From contig CM097886.1 in assembly GCA_044892525.1 (NCBI GenBank), positions 16,616,001 to 16,680,000 of the forward strand: 64,000 nucleotides of DNA, given 5' to 3'. The DNA comes from Schmidtea polychroa. Lineage: Eukaryota. Below the pieces are notes generated by a model, which had not been told where the DNA came from, searched no databases, and worked only from the letters and a program-made list of their open reading frames with translations. Made by a program: the position numbers and the translations under genes. This document shows, one piece after another, positions 38,121 through 51,753 of this stretch (positions are counted from its first letter, which is position 1; every line of letters starts with the position of its first letter).

Positions 38121-41096
38121 TATATATATATATATATATATATACGTTTCGTTTTTAATAGTTTCATTATCTTTTCGTGTTCTTTTCATTTATTATGATT
38201 TTTCTGGATATATTCTATTGAGTTTAGAACCAAATGTAGTTTTCCTGAAAGGGAGTAAGAATTTCGAGTTCGACTTTGATAATTGAACAATTTCGTTCAC
38301 TCGCTTTTATACATGTTTCTTTTTTTTGTTCTGGTAAGATTGGACCGATTTGAATCCGGTTGATAGGCAAAGAGATATAGTTTTAGATAAAAATATTCAT
38401 TATACAATACCAACTTTACATAACTNNNNNNNNNNNNNNNNNNNNNNNNNNNNNNNNNNNNNNNNNNNNNNNNNNNNNNNNNNNNNNNNNNNNNNNNNNN
38501 NNNNNNNNNNNNNNNNNNNNNNNNNNNNNNNNNNNNNNNNNNNNNNNNNNNNNNNNNNNNNNNNNNNNNNNNNNNNNNNNNNNNNNNNNNNNNNNNNNNN
38601 NNNNNNNNNNNNNNNNNNNNNNNNNNNNNNNNNNNNNNNNNNNNNNNNNNNNNNNNNNNNNNNNNNNNNNNNNNNNNNNNNNNNNNTCCATCTTTTAAAT
38701 ATTTGGAATAAATTTGTTCAAGATACTTGTGAAATTGTTGGGAATTGTTACATTTATCGGTGGAATTTTTCGATGAAATTTACAAGTCTCTATTAAAAAG
38801 GGAGCTTGTAAAATTTCTCATTTAGGAAAAGAGTTTAATTTTTTTATCGTCAGCATAAAAAAGAATTCTGGAGTCAGTAAATTTATTGCCAGATGCAGTC
38901 GCTTTTGTTACGAAAAATTTCAATTTCTTGTGTTGGTTAATTAATAATTTATTTATCAGCGTGATGTGAAATAAAATTTGTAGAATTGAATGAAAAATAA
39001 ACAGAGAATTTAGGGACATTTATCTACTCAGTTTCCCCATCAAACCGATGATGGACGTTAATAATGGAAATTTTTTGATGGATTTATCCTTTTTATTCAT
39101 TGATAACGCGTTGCTTCATGGCGCATTTATGTTGACACTGACAAAATTAATGTTTTATTGTAAATGTTTTTTGAGGAGAGTTTACCTTGGCGTGATGTGC
39201 GGAATCAGATCACGAAATAATATTTTAGCAATCGCATCGCCTGTGCTGGAACATCTTATATTTCCACAATTAGTCCATTAGATATTGTTGGGACAAAACT
39301 GGCACTAGATAAAATAAAAGTCTAATAGAGATGATTTTGTAGAAATAGGTCAACACAATACGAAAAACATAGCACATAAACCAAACTAAACTTAAAACAC
39401 GAGAAAACACCAAGTAAACAGTATAATACGGAGAAAAAGACATAAAAATCATAAACATAAAAATAATACTAAAATAATTACATAAGAAAAAAAATAATAC
39501 AAAGATAATAAAAAGAAATTACAAGATTAAACAGAAGACGATAATAAGAATCAAAATATAATAATAAAATTTTAGCAAAAAAAATTAGACAATAAAATAA
39601 GAAATAGGAAAAAATACAAAAATTATCATAAAAAGGACGAAAATAGATGAAAAGTTGTGAAATTCAAAAATGAAGTCGCGAATAAATTCAATAAATTGAG
39701 ATTTCTCAAAGTAATACGTTAATAAAAATAGATTAGAAAATACATAAAAAATATAATTCAAATGAATTAAAAATTGAACAAAACCGAATAAAAACTGCGA
39801 AATTCAACATGAGGTCGCAAATAATAAAACTTAAATAAATTTTAAAAATTTAAAAATTGATTTAATAAAAATTAATAAAAATCGTCTTTAAAATTATAAA
39901 AATTACGACAATAAATAAATTAATTAAAAATATTTGAATTTGTTTTAATGCACTAATGAGGTACACTAACAAGCACACGCAAAATCAGGTATAAATACCG
40001 ACGCTATTTTTGACATATATAAATCTATGCACATGACAACATTTTAGTTTTAAATTTTATGTACTATAATTTTTATCGAGAATCATCTGTGAGTAAATCT
40101 TTTGTTATTTCAATGTAATTTCTATGTTATTTCTTAGTAATTTCTACATTATTGTCATTTTATTAAATGTTTTGAAGATTAATGTTATTTTATGATGTTA
40201 CATTTTTTAACTTCAATGACATATTTGTCTGACTTGTGTACGTCTACGTTTTTTACAATTCTTATGTCCGTTGAGCGTCAAACAACAGTAAAGACCGTGA
40301 AGGAAATTGGATACATCTTCCATTGATAGTCCGTGGACCTCTAATCGTTGTTTAATATATTTGACTGTTTAACACTAGCTACATTGTAGTACTCAGTTAG
40401 AGGTGACAAAAATGAGTGAAATGGCATTTCCTTCTACTAATTTTACAAAAATGAATTCTTCAATAAGCAACAAGTGTGAACAATTATGGCATCAGCAACA
40501 TCTCAATTTACAATGATTAGGATTATGTTATAACAGAATCTATTTTTAAAATTAGCATAAAAAATCACAATACATCTATTTGTATGGACTTATCATTTAT
40601 TAGCATTGGCGTATGCAATGTGGAAGATATTAGATCTTCTATCTATGCATATTTGAATTCTTTTTAGCTTGTCTAAACTATTATCACCTATAAAAAGCAA
40701 CATGCAACGCTTCAATATCGCTTTCATAGCAAAAAGTTCAATTATTATAATATTCATTCAACTGATACTTAATGCACATACATCTTACCTGATTACATGA
40801 TTGACTGCGGAGGTGGTATGTAGACTGTGTCCATGATCATGTCGCATGCTAGCAACTAGTAGCAAACTCCAATTAATATTTGAAAAATGAAAAATATTGA
40901 TTATCGGTAAAGCTAAGTCAAATAAAATATTAATTTAAATAAATAGGGAATTATCGAACTTTCTATATCACTAATAAAAGCTCCCCTCCCTCCTCTAAAG
41001 GAAAATTTTCCTACTCTACTGTTTATTAATGTTATATTTTAATTAGGTTATGTAATCTTCTGTCAATAATTATAGACAATTAAATATCATATAGTT

Positions 41097-41731
41097 CAGT
41101 GTTTCCCAAACCGGGGTACGCGATGGATTTTTGTGGGTACTCAGGCCTTTTCAATCTTCTATTATCTAAATATTAAACGATAAATAAAACAAATTTAAAT
41201 AGATTAAAATGTCTTATTAAAATTTTATTAATACAGAAAAATATAAATATAATCTTGTTTTTTATTTATTGTTTATATTTTCGAATCAATAATATATTTT
41301 TAAAAATAAACTAAGTTTAAAAATCAAAGCATAAAGTAAATCTTTTATTTAAATGTAATTATAATGTAAATCGCTTCGTTTTAAATTTATTTTTAGAATT
41401 TTTTATAAATTTAATCTTCATTTAAATTTAAACCAACTGTTTCATAATAATTCCTTTTCAACTTTAATTTTAGATATTAACCAGAAAAAATTTGCTTTTA
41501 AATTTTTAAGCCTTATTGATTTTGATAGTCAAGGCGAATATTTTTTAATATCCCTAATTTTAACATTATGGATCGTTGGCTCAAATCTGGCTATTAATTT
41601 AAAGGTAGTATATTTTAAAAAAGATATTATAAAAAAATTTAATCATTATATAAAATTTTAAAGCAAAGGGGTACATTATATAATGAAAATGATCAAGGTG
41701 GTACGCAGTCCCAAAAGTTTGGGAAACACTG
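41097..41731 (+). mobile_element. hAT (Buster/Charlie-like) MITE
   Basis: TIRs cagtgtttcccaaac / gtttgggaaacactg; flanks atatagtt / atatggtt. Retains a transposase-like start MDRWLKSG. Confidence 0.8.
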
Positions 41732-42854
41732 ATATGGTTAATCAAAGTTTATATTAAATATTGATTATTAATTAAAATAAAAAATATACCTAATCAAATT
41801 AAAATAATAAATATTATATTAGAAATACGTTATAAAATGTCAAGATAAATGGAAAACCCATAAATCGAAATTAAAAGTGCTTTGAATAGTTCACAATTAA
41901 TCAAAAGGTAAAAAATTGAAATGCAAGTGGAAAAATCAATATATTTCAGAAACTGGAAATCGGTGGTAATTAAAAAATAAATGCTTATCAAATCATTTCA
42001 AATTGGCGGAAGAAGTGTAAATACAAAAATACAAAATAATTAATTAATTAATTAAAATATTTGTTTATCCCATCAACTAAATAAATTTGGTTAAAATGAA
42101 TTATTTAAAAGTTATTCACACCGTAAAAGAATAATGAATAATCTGTTGACAAAAACTTTTAGTAATTGATGATCTTACGAATAATTTTGGTTTTTGACAT
42201 GCGTTGATAGAATGAAGCTTTTGCATTCATTTATTTCACACAAATGAACTTTGAACTTTAAGGTCATTATATTTATTTAAATTAATATTTTTGTTTTAAT
42301 TAATAAATACTCATATTTCAATTTACAATTATAACTGTAAATGGGCGTATTTGTTATAAATCTCTTTGTCTAGCTCATTGATAATCCGATATCCCATTCA
42401 AATGTAGAATTTGTAATTATTTGATAATGTTTTCTCCGGGTTATTAAAACAAAGAATTTCTTATCGAGAATTTAACTTTGAAAATCAGCTTTTTTGTAGT
42501 CTCTGTAATATTTCGGTTGTTTTTGATGGGGAGAAGTCGCATGCGTGATCGAGAAGATTCATTCGACTGTAAAATTACACTGGACAAGCATCACGCAAAA
42601 ATCTGAGCAGCTTCAGAAAATTTGTTTTAACGAGATTTCTAATTAACTGAATCTTTATGATTAACTTGCTTTTTTTATAATTTATGCCAAGTANNNNNNN
42701 NNNNNNNNNNNNNNNNNNNNNNNNNNNNNNNNNNNNNNNNNNNNNNNNNNNNNNNNNNNNNNNNNNNNNNNNNNNNNNNNNNNNNNNNNNNNNNNNNNNN
42801 NNNNNNNNNNNNNNNNNNNNNNNNNNNNNNNNNNNNNNTACAAGAAAGAAAATG

Positions 42855-43020
42855 CACTGGAACTTTAATTTCAATCAAATCATCTACTGAAAACTGCAAT
42901 CCAATAACATGATCTAAATCACTTGTCATGAAATGTTTATCGATTAACCTTTTTTCATAAACATGTCCTGATAATTTATTAACAACTGGAACTTCAGGCA
43001 ATTTCGTTAGGAGCAGAACA
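42855..43020 (-). pseudogene. PRPF19: PRP19 (PRPF19) N-terminal U-box fragment, intronless
   Basis: CSAPNE-(frameshift)-LPEVPVVNKLSGHVYEKRLIDKH...DDLIEIKV matches the Prp19 U-box. Confidence 0.75.
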
Positions 43021-43084
43021 ATTTATTGAAATTTTAAGGAAAATTAGAACTGAATAGATTTCATTAGAATAGGCTTTCAAGACT

Positions 43085-43380
43085 CCAACGGAAACATTAT
43101 TTTCCGACTCCCAAATCTAGATAGACGATCCAGTTGCAGCACATAGCCAATATATGTTTGACGAGAAGATAAATTTATTAATAATCTCACATATTTCTAA
43201 AGCGCATAAATGTCTTCCTTCAGATGAGTTCGATAACATTAAAGTTCCGTCCCATGATCCAGACAATGCAAATTGACCATCATTTGACATAACAACATCA
43301 CTTTCAAAGTCATCCCAAATAATCATAGATTTATCCCTTGATGAAGAAATAAAACTGTTTGGATAGATGTTAGTTGCAAT
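43085..43380 (-). pseudogene. RACK1: RACK1 fragments with internal deletions, intronless
   Basis: IATNIYPNSFISSSRDKSMIIW, SDVVMSNDGQFALSGSWDGTL and [36 protein letters not shown] match RACK1 WD1, WD2 and WD5/6. Confidence 0.88.
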
Positions 43381-43690
43381 CTTTGATTTTGAAGCAGCCA
43401 TAATCACACGACTATTCATTTTCATTGTTTCTGGTATCCATGAAATAAACGCCAAAGTACCCTGATAGTCATATAATGCATAGCAAACTTCTTTAGCATA
43501 TGTTTCGATCATGTGTAATCTGAATCTTTCATAAAGAGTACCTAATTCCCCAGTTTCTAATTGAATAGTTCTATCCTTCCCTATCCTTCTGTTTGTTGAG
43601 TCCAAAGATTACATATTGAAGTATGTGTTGTAATTTAATTTAATTAAGATATCCTTTAACTGAAGGATCACATTTAACACCTGAAGCCAT
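43381..43690 (-). pseudogene. ADF/cofilin processed fragment, from start codon, C-terminus missing
   Basis: MASGVKCDPSVKGYLN*IKLQH...YVIFGL then TIQLETGELG..YERF...CYALYDYQGTLAFISWIPETMKMNSRVIMAASK (ADF-H domain). Confidence 0.8.
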
Positions 43691-44683
43691 TTTAACCAAG
43701 GAACTTTATCAATTGATTTGTCCTAAAAATTTAAATCCTTGCACAACTAAAACAACCGCTTTTTCCAACACTTCCAGAAAATCCAATTCAATTTGCAAAC
43801 AAAACAAATCAATTTCCATTTACAATAAAAAAATTAAACGTACCAATTCCTCGTGTCTGTGTGCGCAAACCAACACGAAACCCATTCCAACATCCACGCG
43901 CACACAGACGTGACAAAAAATGAAATCGGCCGAAACAATGATAATAAAATCACAGTGTAATATTTGTTTTTGAATGTCTGACATTTTATTAAAATAAAGA
44001 ACTAATAAAAGCTTTGTTTGTGAAACACAGTGCAGGTCTTAATAGTAGACTAGTTTCTAGCATTTTGCTCTCATCAGTACTATGCAGGAGATGCGAAGAT
44101 TTCCATTCACTTCAGGTAAGTATAGAAAGTGTTGAATTACTTCATTGCATACTTTTCTTGGTACACTGGATCGGATTGATTGCTATTCAGCTTGGTCACA
44201 GAAATTCTGTAAACTTGCAAACATGGTGTATAAAAATTCTTACTCACATCCGCGCACAAATAAATTTAGTCGAAACACAGAAACTGTTCGCAAGCGCATC
44301 CGATAATAAAAATAATAAATATTCTTATTTATGAAGTACAAGATATAGATATTCAAATAGAGTTTGAAAAGATTAAAGACTTCTTTCCACTATTGAACAA
44401 GATATCACTTCGTCTACAGATGTGCCTATTTGACTGGGAAACATTTTTTGACAGCCAATATGAAACATAAGCTGGGATATTTTTCCAAGGAAAGCATCAT
44501 CTCAAAAAATAATATTAACAAATCTGTTGAATATATTCATGATAAATTCACCTTCAGATCTATCAAACTTGCAAAACGTTCACAAATATATATAAAGTCT
44601 TACTTTCGAGAAAAAATATGCAATTTTCAAAAAAGAATTTTAGTTTAGTAATTTTATAATTTTAAAATTATCATCCTTTTTAT

Positions 44684-45120
44684 ATGCAGCATCGTTGTAC
44701 TTTTCCAGTAAAGAAGAAACTAGAGGCATTAAAAAAGCTTCGAGAAAATAATGGAAACTTTTTTATGACAGCAACAGACCTAAATATAACCATCAAGATG
44801 CTCAGAGATTGGGCTGGCAAAGAATCCTTATTGATCGGTTGTTTTAAAAACAGAACAAGGTATAAAATCGTCGGGGCCCACTCTGAAAGTGAAACTAAGG
44901 GATTGGATTACTACAGAGGGGAGAACCAATTAAAGAATAATTACATTCAATAATCTGCGAAATAAAGCCATCAAAATAGCTAAATCATTAGATATTTTAG
45001 ACTATTGGAAGTAATGGTTGGATTATCAATTTTTTATCAAGAGATGGATTTTCATAAAAAAAATCACGATTATTGGTCAAGAAAATAGCCGTGATCCATT
45101 GAAAATCAAACCCACCGCTC
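44684..45120 (+). pseudogene. Degenerate pogo-family transposase N-terminus (HTH plus CENP-B HTH)
   Basis: FPVKKKLEALKKL...DLNITIKMLRDW followed by an SNGWIINFLSR-like motif; stops present. Confidence 0.55.
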
Positions 45121-45403
45121 GATTACTTAGATCACTTGTAAAGATGATATTTTGAGAAAAGGAATTGAGCATTACAATGAAAAATTGAAATCAGATTTAA
45201 ATCACGGCCTGTTGGTTTAGATCAGTGGTTCCCAACCTGGGGCGATTTTGGTTATTTTGGGGGCGATGGGTATTAAAAGTGGGAGGATTAAAATTTTATT
45301 ATAAAATATTAATCTTGTTCAAACATTTAATATGGAAATATAGGTATTATAATGACATTATAAATCTTTTATTTGCTGAAAAATTACAATTTAAAACATT
45401 ATA

Positions 45404-45641
45404 CTCCCTCTGTCCAAAAATGATGGTCCAGTTTGACTTTTTTTTGAATTTCTTTTATACGTAACAGTGATACTTAAAATGCAGTTTTGTTATTTGTTCA
45501 ATCAATAAAATAAAATTATTTAATGTGTTTTTACTGTAAAAGGTTTTACAAAAACCGTTTAATTTTTTATATTCTCTATTGACAATAATTTTTGGAAAAA
45601 GGCTAAAATGCAACTGGACTATCATTTTTGGACAAAGGGAG
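45404..45641. mobile_element. Tc1/mariner-type MITE
   Basis: 30-bp TIRs ctccctctgtccaaaaatgatggtccagtt with 2 mismatches; TA flanks. Confidence 0.8.
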
Positions 45642-47200
45642 TATATACTTTCATATATTTTAAAAATTATTTAAACCTAATTACTAATAACATTGTGTAT
45701 TTTTATTGAGTTAGAAATTAAAAAAAATTAAATATTTTTGTTTTAAAAGTATAATTTTTACAATATTATTATGAATATTCTTATGTAATTGGGATACGTT
45801 CTTTTATTAAATAATATAAAAATATTTATATCCTTTTTTATTCTTAAAAAATATGTAAGAAAATGTATATTTTAACTTTTTTCTGCTTTATTATTTACAT
45901 TTTACTTCAAATTAAAATAATGGCATACAATGAAAATGAAATGAGGGCGATAGGTAGCAGTAAACCTCCAGAAAGAGGAGATGAGCCAAAAACGTTGGGA
46001 ACAATTGGTTTAAATGATTCGGCATCAGAAAAAGACGAAACGAATGCTCGAATTTGCAAATAATGAAAAAAAGGTCAAAAAATTCATGTTTTAGGGGTAG
46101 TCTTACTTTTTGAACAAATGTAATATCAATCCAGTGAAACAAACAGTAATAATTTTGTAATAAATTTAGACAAAATCATAATTTTATTAATGTCTGTCAC
46201 CGGGAAATTTTCCCAATTAATGTAAATGTTTCTCAATCCATGTCAGATTTGTGAATTTATCTCAGAATATCGATTTATATTTTCCAAAAAAAACTGGGAT
46301 ATTTCCAAATCAAATTTCTGGTAGTGGATAATTGATTGTTGTTTTAATCGATAAATTTCCTCAATATGTGCAAACAAACATTTGACGGTTTCACAATCTA
46401 TACTTCTCCCGTAAATGCTTTTTTGTCTGGAAAAATAAATCTCTGATTCTTTGATACATTATTTTGTTTTTTGTTGTTGATTAATAATAATTACAATTAA
46501 TTAACATTTTCCCTGTTGATTGTTGCTGCGNNNNNNNNNNNNNNNNNNNNNNNNNNNNNNNNNNNNNNNNNNNNNNNNNNNNNNNNNNNNNNNNNNNNNN
46601 NNNNNNNNNNNNNNNNNNNNNNNNNNNNNNNNNNNNNNNNNNNNNNNNNNNNNNNNNNNNNNNNNNNNNNNNNNNNNNNNNNNNNNNNNNNNNNNNNNNN
46701 NNNNNNNNNNNNNNAGAAAAGCGACTGATACTGGTCTTTTTACAACTCATGAGAGTTTTTGTGAATATAAATACAGGAGGAATATGATGAGAGGATTAGC
46801 TCTTTGTGCATGGTCTTTATCATCCACGTTTATCAATTCAGTGAAAAGTGTTGATCTTTTGGTTGTGTTGCTTCTTAAAAATGGATATTCTAAATCTTTT
46901 CTTGAGTGCATGACAAAATAGACTATTGCTAAATGGATGTTGGATACTCATGATCCTTGCACAGGTTTATCTGAAGATAATGATCATATTGATATCGAAG
47001 TTAATATGTTGTCAATTTCGGAAGGTGGAAAAATTATAATTTAAATATTAATTTAAATTTTAAATCTTCTTGCTGTAATGTGAAGATATGGATAAACGCA
47101 AAAGACGAAGCAGGTTTTTGGTGGAGTCGAAAAATCCAGACAACTTTCAAACAGATTTTGGTATAATACTTGTATTATCAAATTTATTATTTTTCTTTAG

Positions 47201-47850
47201 GAATATGCTACTGTCCAACAAATCTGGACTTAGCAAAATTGCGAGAATATGTTAAATTACATGTTAATCTACTTAAAAATGAAACTATTTCTCATTGAGG
47301 ATTATTTCCAGCAATTCCGTTCAAAGGCCATTGCATATAATGGCTTAGAACCTTTTAATTTCTAAGGCATTCACTGTATGTCATGGGCTTCCGCGCTTAT
47401 AGTATTAACAAAACCTATAGAACCTTTACAGGATATCGATATGTTTAATTTCTATGATGGAGGAATACGGGATGGGTTAACATTTGTTAACAAACATTAT
47501 GTTGCAAGTTCTGAAGATACATAAATATTGTTTATAGAAATTAATAATTTGTATGGTTGGGTCTTAGCCAAAATCTTTCCCACGGCGACTTTGTTTGGGT
47601 GTATGAAAATCTGAATGATGTGCTGAGTAAGTATGTGAATGAGAATATTCGATATCAATATGCATTATTTTTTGAACGACTTTCATCTTGCTCCTGAGAA
47701 AATGTATCCACCTGGTTCGAAGGTTGAAAATCTGATGTTCATGCATTGGTCCAAGAAAAACCATGTTTTTCATTCGAGGCTTCTTAAACTGTATATTGAA
47801 CTGGAGGCAAATGTATTTAATGTACATAGAATAATTAAATTACAATATAT
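47201..47850 (+). pseudogene. Polinton-type protein-primed DNA polymerase B fragment
   Basis: YMLIYLKMKLFLIEDYFQQFR, DIDMFNFYDGGIRDG, INNLYGWVLAKIFP-HGDF and NDFHLAPEKM...VHRIIK align with pPolB (GIRGG, DANNLYGWAM, LPLAPE); stops and frameshifts present. Confidence 0.85.
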
Positions 47851-47874
47851 TTAAATCATAACTCGATAAAAAAC

Positions 47875-48184
47875 ACCTCCATATAAGATTTGAGGAGAAA
47901 TATTAATCCATGTTTTATTAACTTGATGCACAAATAAACTTTTCAGTTTACCTCTCAAGGTTCGATTCAATTTTTCAATATGAGAAGCTTTGAATTGAGA
48001 ATACACAGAGAAAAGATTGATTTTGAGTTTATCCATGAGTTGTTTCAGTTTACTGTTGTAAAATTCCTTTCCTAAAGAAAAATAATAAATTTGATAATAC
48101 AAGTATTATACCAAAATCTGTTTGAAAGTTGTCTGGATTTTTCGACTCCACCAAAAACCTGCTTCGTCTTTTGCGTTTATCCAT
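47875..48184 (-). pseudogene. Polinton-type rve integrase fragment with an apparent 40-nt GT-AG intron (48111-48072)
   Basis: Spliced reading KNPDNFQTDFG-KEFYNSKLKQLMDKLKINLFSVYSQFKASHIEKLNRTLRGKL matches the Polinton INT core (QTDxGKEF...KASxVERFNRTL). Confidence 0.8.
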
Positions 48185-48589
48185 ATCTTCACATTACTGC
48201 AAGAAGATTTAAAATTTAAATTAATATTTAAATTATAATTTTTCCACCTTCCGAAATTAACAACATATTAACTTCGATATCAATATGATCATTATCTTCA
48301 GATAAACCTGTGCAAGGATCATGAGTATCCAACATCCATTTAGCAATAGTCTATTTTGTCATGCACTCAAGAAAAGATTTAGAATATCCATTTTTAAGAA
48401 GCAACACAACCAAAAGATCAACACTTTTCACTGAATTGATAAACGTGGATGATAAAGACCATGCACAAAGAGCTAATCCTCTCATCATATTCCTCCTGTA
48501 TTTATATTTACAAAAGCTCTTAGGAGTTGTAAAAAGACTAGTATCAGTCGCTTTTCTGTATATTTCAGTTTGATATAATAATAATTAGT

Positions 48590-48880
48590 GGATAATAATT
48601 AATTTGAATGGATCAAAGCATCAAAATTGAGTTGTAATAACTTGTCCTGGGTGGCCAAAAACACGCGTGACCTTGTATTGTCTTGTGTTTGAGAACAATA
48701 CCTTTTCTGTTAGCAAATGCAGGTCGCTTCTGTTCGATGGATAGCTTCAGTTCGTTTAGTTGTGAGCAGTATTTATCTGAATTTACAGCTCATACAAAAA
48801 TATTCCCTTCAAGTCCTACCAAATACATAACATTACCTGGGCAGCACTTTTCCCTTTCCGAAGAAAAACAACATAAGGTG
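48590..48880 (-). pseudogene. mariner transposase fragment
   Basis: VMLCIW*DLKG...NSDKYCSQLNELKLSIEQKRPAFANRKGIV...QDNTRS matches the mariner catalytic core. Confidence 0.7.
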
Positions 48881-50692
48881 ATGTAAATGCTCTATTTGTT
48901 CCAATATTTAATTTGTTTTTAATTTTTGAAAAACATGACTTTTTAGACAAATAATAATTAAAACTGATTTAGATGAACAACATCAAAAGTTATCACATGT
49001 TATTATATATTTAATACAAATTTGTTTCATAACTTAGTGCAAATAGCAGATTCGTACTAAACAGGACAGATTTATGTACCAACCTAATAAATACCATTAA
49101 AAATAATAAAATCGCATTGTCCAACAATGATATCAAACGACTATGAGTGGGAAAAAACACTAGTCTCGCATTTGGACATTATTTAGGAATCGATGATAAT
49201 GACTCGAATCGCAATGAAAGATGACAATGATAAAAACAGAGTTATATTTAAAAAATATTTTACAAAAAACAAAAATGTCTTTGTTATACATTGTTATTCA
49301 CTGTCTCGTCTTGTGTTAAAGCATACGATTTCAATTCTATAATATAATATTTCAAAGTTGTTCTATTATGGCGTCACTTATATTTTAATTTAAAAACTTA
49401 GGAGCTCATTTTCATGGAAACTAAGCATTTGTTGTATATACACACCATATATTTATGTGACCTACATAAAATTCTGGGTCGACCTAGATATTTTCTAGAA
49501 AAGGGAAATAATAATAATAATAATAAAAGGAAATTTTTTTTATCAAATTGAACTCCTCATAAACATTTCCTGATTTTTTGATTTTGTTTTCACTCAAGAA
49601 AAAAATTAACGAAGAAAATTTCATTGTTTGTTTGAAAGTGACAAAATTATTTTTTTGTAAAGAATTTCATTTATAATATCACAAATTTCTGACATCGGCG
49701 TCTTATATTTGACCAAATTTTTTTATTGTTTTTTCATATCAAGATTTGATCCAGGGATCAGGGAGGTTCTTAGTTTATTGGTGTTTACTTCTTGAAACCA
49801 TGCTCAAGATGACTAAAGCAATTAGTAATTATAATCTTAATTCCCTCTTTTTCTTCATTTTTTTGAGTGCTTCAAAACTAAAATCTTACTCTTTCAATTA
49901 AATGCTCCTTTAGCTTACCTTATCATTCTCATTAACTCTATATATAAAATCGCAAATCCAGTGAGACCAATATGACCAAATAAAAGAGGTAAAACTGAAA
50001 AATTCCTATTTAGTGTAGGTGCATCCGATATCAGCATCGATCGGCGGCGTCCTTCTAAAACAAAGTCCGTCAAAATCAATAATCTCCAAGAATTAATCCG
50101 AAAATCTACCAATACCAATCGATAATCTGCTGCCTGTGGAATCGAAAATCCAATTGTAAAATATACGAAAATTTTGTCGGTTTTTGTCTGATTTGTGAAA
50201 ACTTTTGGGATTATTGAAATTTCTATCTATCGATTATGGGAGAATAATCAATTTTCTGTTGCAATTTCTCGGCAGAATTGAATATTTCATGAACTGACAA
50301 CTTGAGTGGCGCGCTCAAAATCAATTAATAAATAATCGGTCGATTAAACCCCATTAAAATATTTTTAAATCGATTTTTTTAAAATTAATGTCAATAAAAT
50401 TAATACAATTGCTAAATATTTCTTTTTTATTGTTTTGAATTTTGGCTGATTTTTTTTTGACTAGTTTTGTTTGAATAAATGATTTCCATTTTTTTTTCAA
50501 CAAAAATCAGTAAATTAAAACCTTTGCAGATATATTATTAAATCGGTAAAGTGATTTTTTTTATAATAATTTTATGAGAATATTGTGTATAAATATTAAT
50601 AATTAGGAAATAATTATAGCTTTTGTTTGATTGATTTGATACGATTTCTGTATTTTGATACGATAAAGAGATTTCTTTATGACAGATTCTTT

Positions 50693-51753
50693 TAAAATAA
50701 ATATTTACAATAAATAATTACGTTTCCCTCATTTCATTGTGCGTAGTATGAAAACAATTATTTATTTATTTTATTTTAATTATTTGTTTCTTTGCATTTA
50801 TTTTATTTATTTTATTTTTATTAAGTTATAAAATACAAAACCAATATTCATATCCTCTTTCTATAAATGTCACTTAATATAGATTATTTCATACGAAATA
50901 TAAATTAATAGTAATATTGCACATTCCGATGGATATTTGCGGAATAGATATCATCAAAAAAATAGATTGTTTGTTTTAAAAAGAACCTTTATTGAACTTT
51001 TCTAAGAAGATCCAGACTTATAATATCTCTCCAACTTGATCTTTATCCAATAAGCTTAGAAATTCTAATAATATTTTGATGATCATTCAGTAACCATATA
51101 AACCTTTATAAACTTCAGTATTAGACACAAGTCAAAAGTTCTAAAAGATTGAGGATAAACATTCTTGAGCATTAAATCATTCATTTGGGTTTGAAATGAA
51201 TTTCTTTGCCTTGGTTTAAATCCAATTTTCCAATGAAACAAAAAATATAGCATATTTTAATAAATCTATTCTTCTAAAATAAATATTTACAATAAATAAT
51301 TAAGTTTCCCTCATTTCATTGTGCGTAGTATGAAAACAATTATTTATTTTATTTTAATTATTTGTTTCTTTGCATTTATTTTATTTATTTTATTTTTATT
51401 AAATTATAAAATACAAAACCAATATTCATATCCTCTTTCTATAAATGTCACTTAATATAGATTATTTCATACGAAATATAAATTAATAGTAATATTGCAC
51501 ATTCCGATGAATATTTGCGGAATAGATATCATCAAAAAAATAGATTGTTTGTTTTAGAAAGAACGTTTATTGACCATTTCAGTAGCCATATGAACCTTCA
51601 GTATTAGACACAAGTCAAAAATTCTAAAAGATTGAGGATAAACATTTTTGAGCATTAAATCATTCATTTGGGTTTGAAATGAATTTCTTCGCCCGAGTTT
51701 GAATCCAATTTTCCAATGAAACAAAATATATAGAATATTTTAATAAATCTATT
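50693..51753. repeat. Tandem duplication (about 578 bp plus about 479 bp copy with internal deletion)
   Basis: 50693-51270 and 51275-51753 are near-identical; copy 2 lacks about 100 bp. Confidence 0.85.

Larger units (their letters stand above)
46715..48557. repeat. 489-bp inverted repeat (46715-47203 / 48069-48557) enclosing Polinton fragments
   Basis: Arms are reverse complements with only a handful of substitutions. The left arm abuts an N gap and may be longer. Confidence 0.9.

Noticed and set aside
45223-45250. hAT-like left TIR cagtggttcccaacctgggg
   Set aside because: No matching right end or TSD found.
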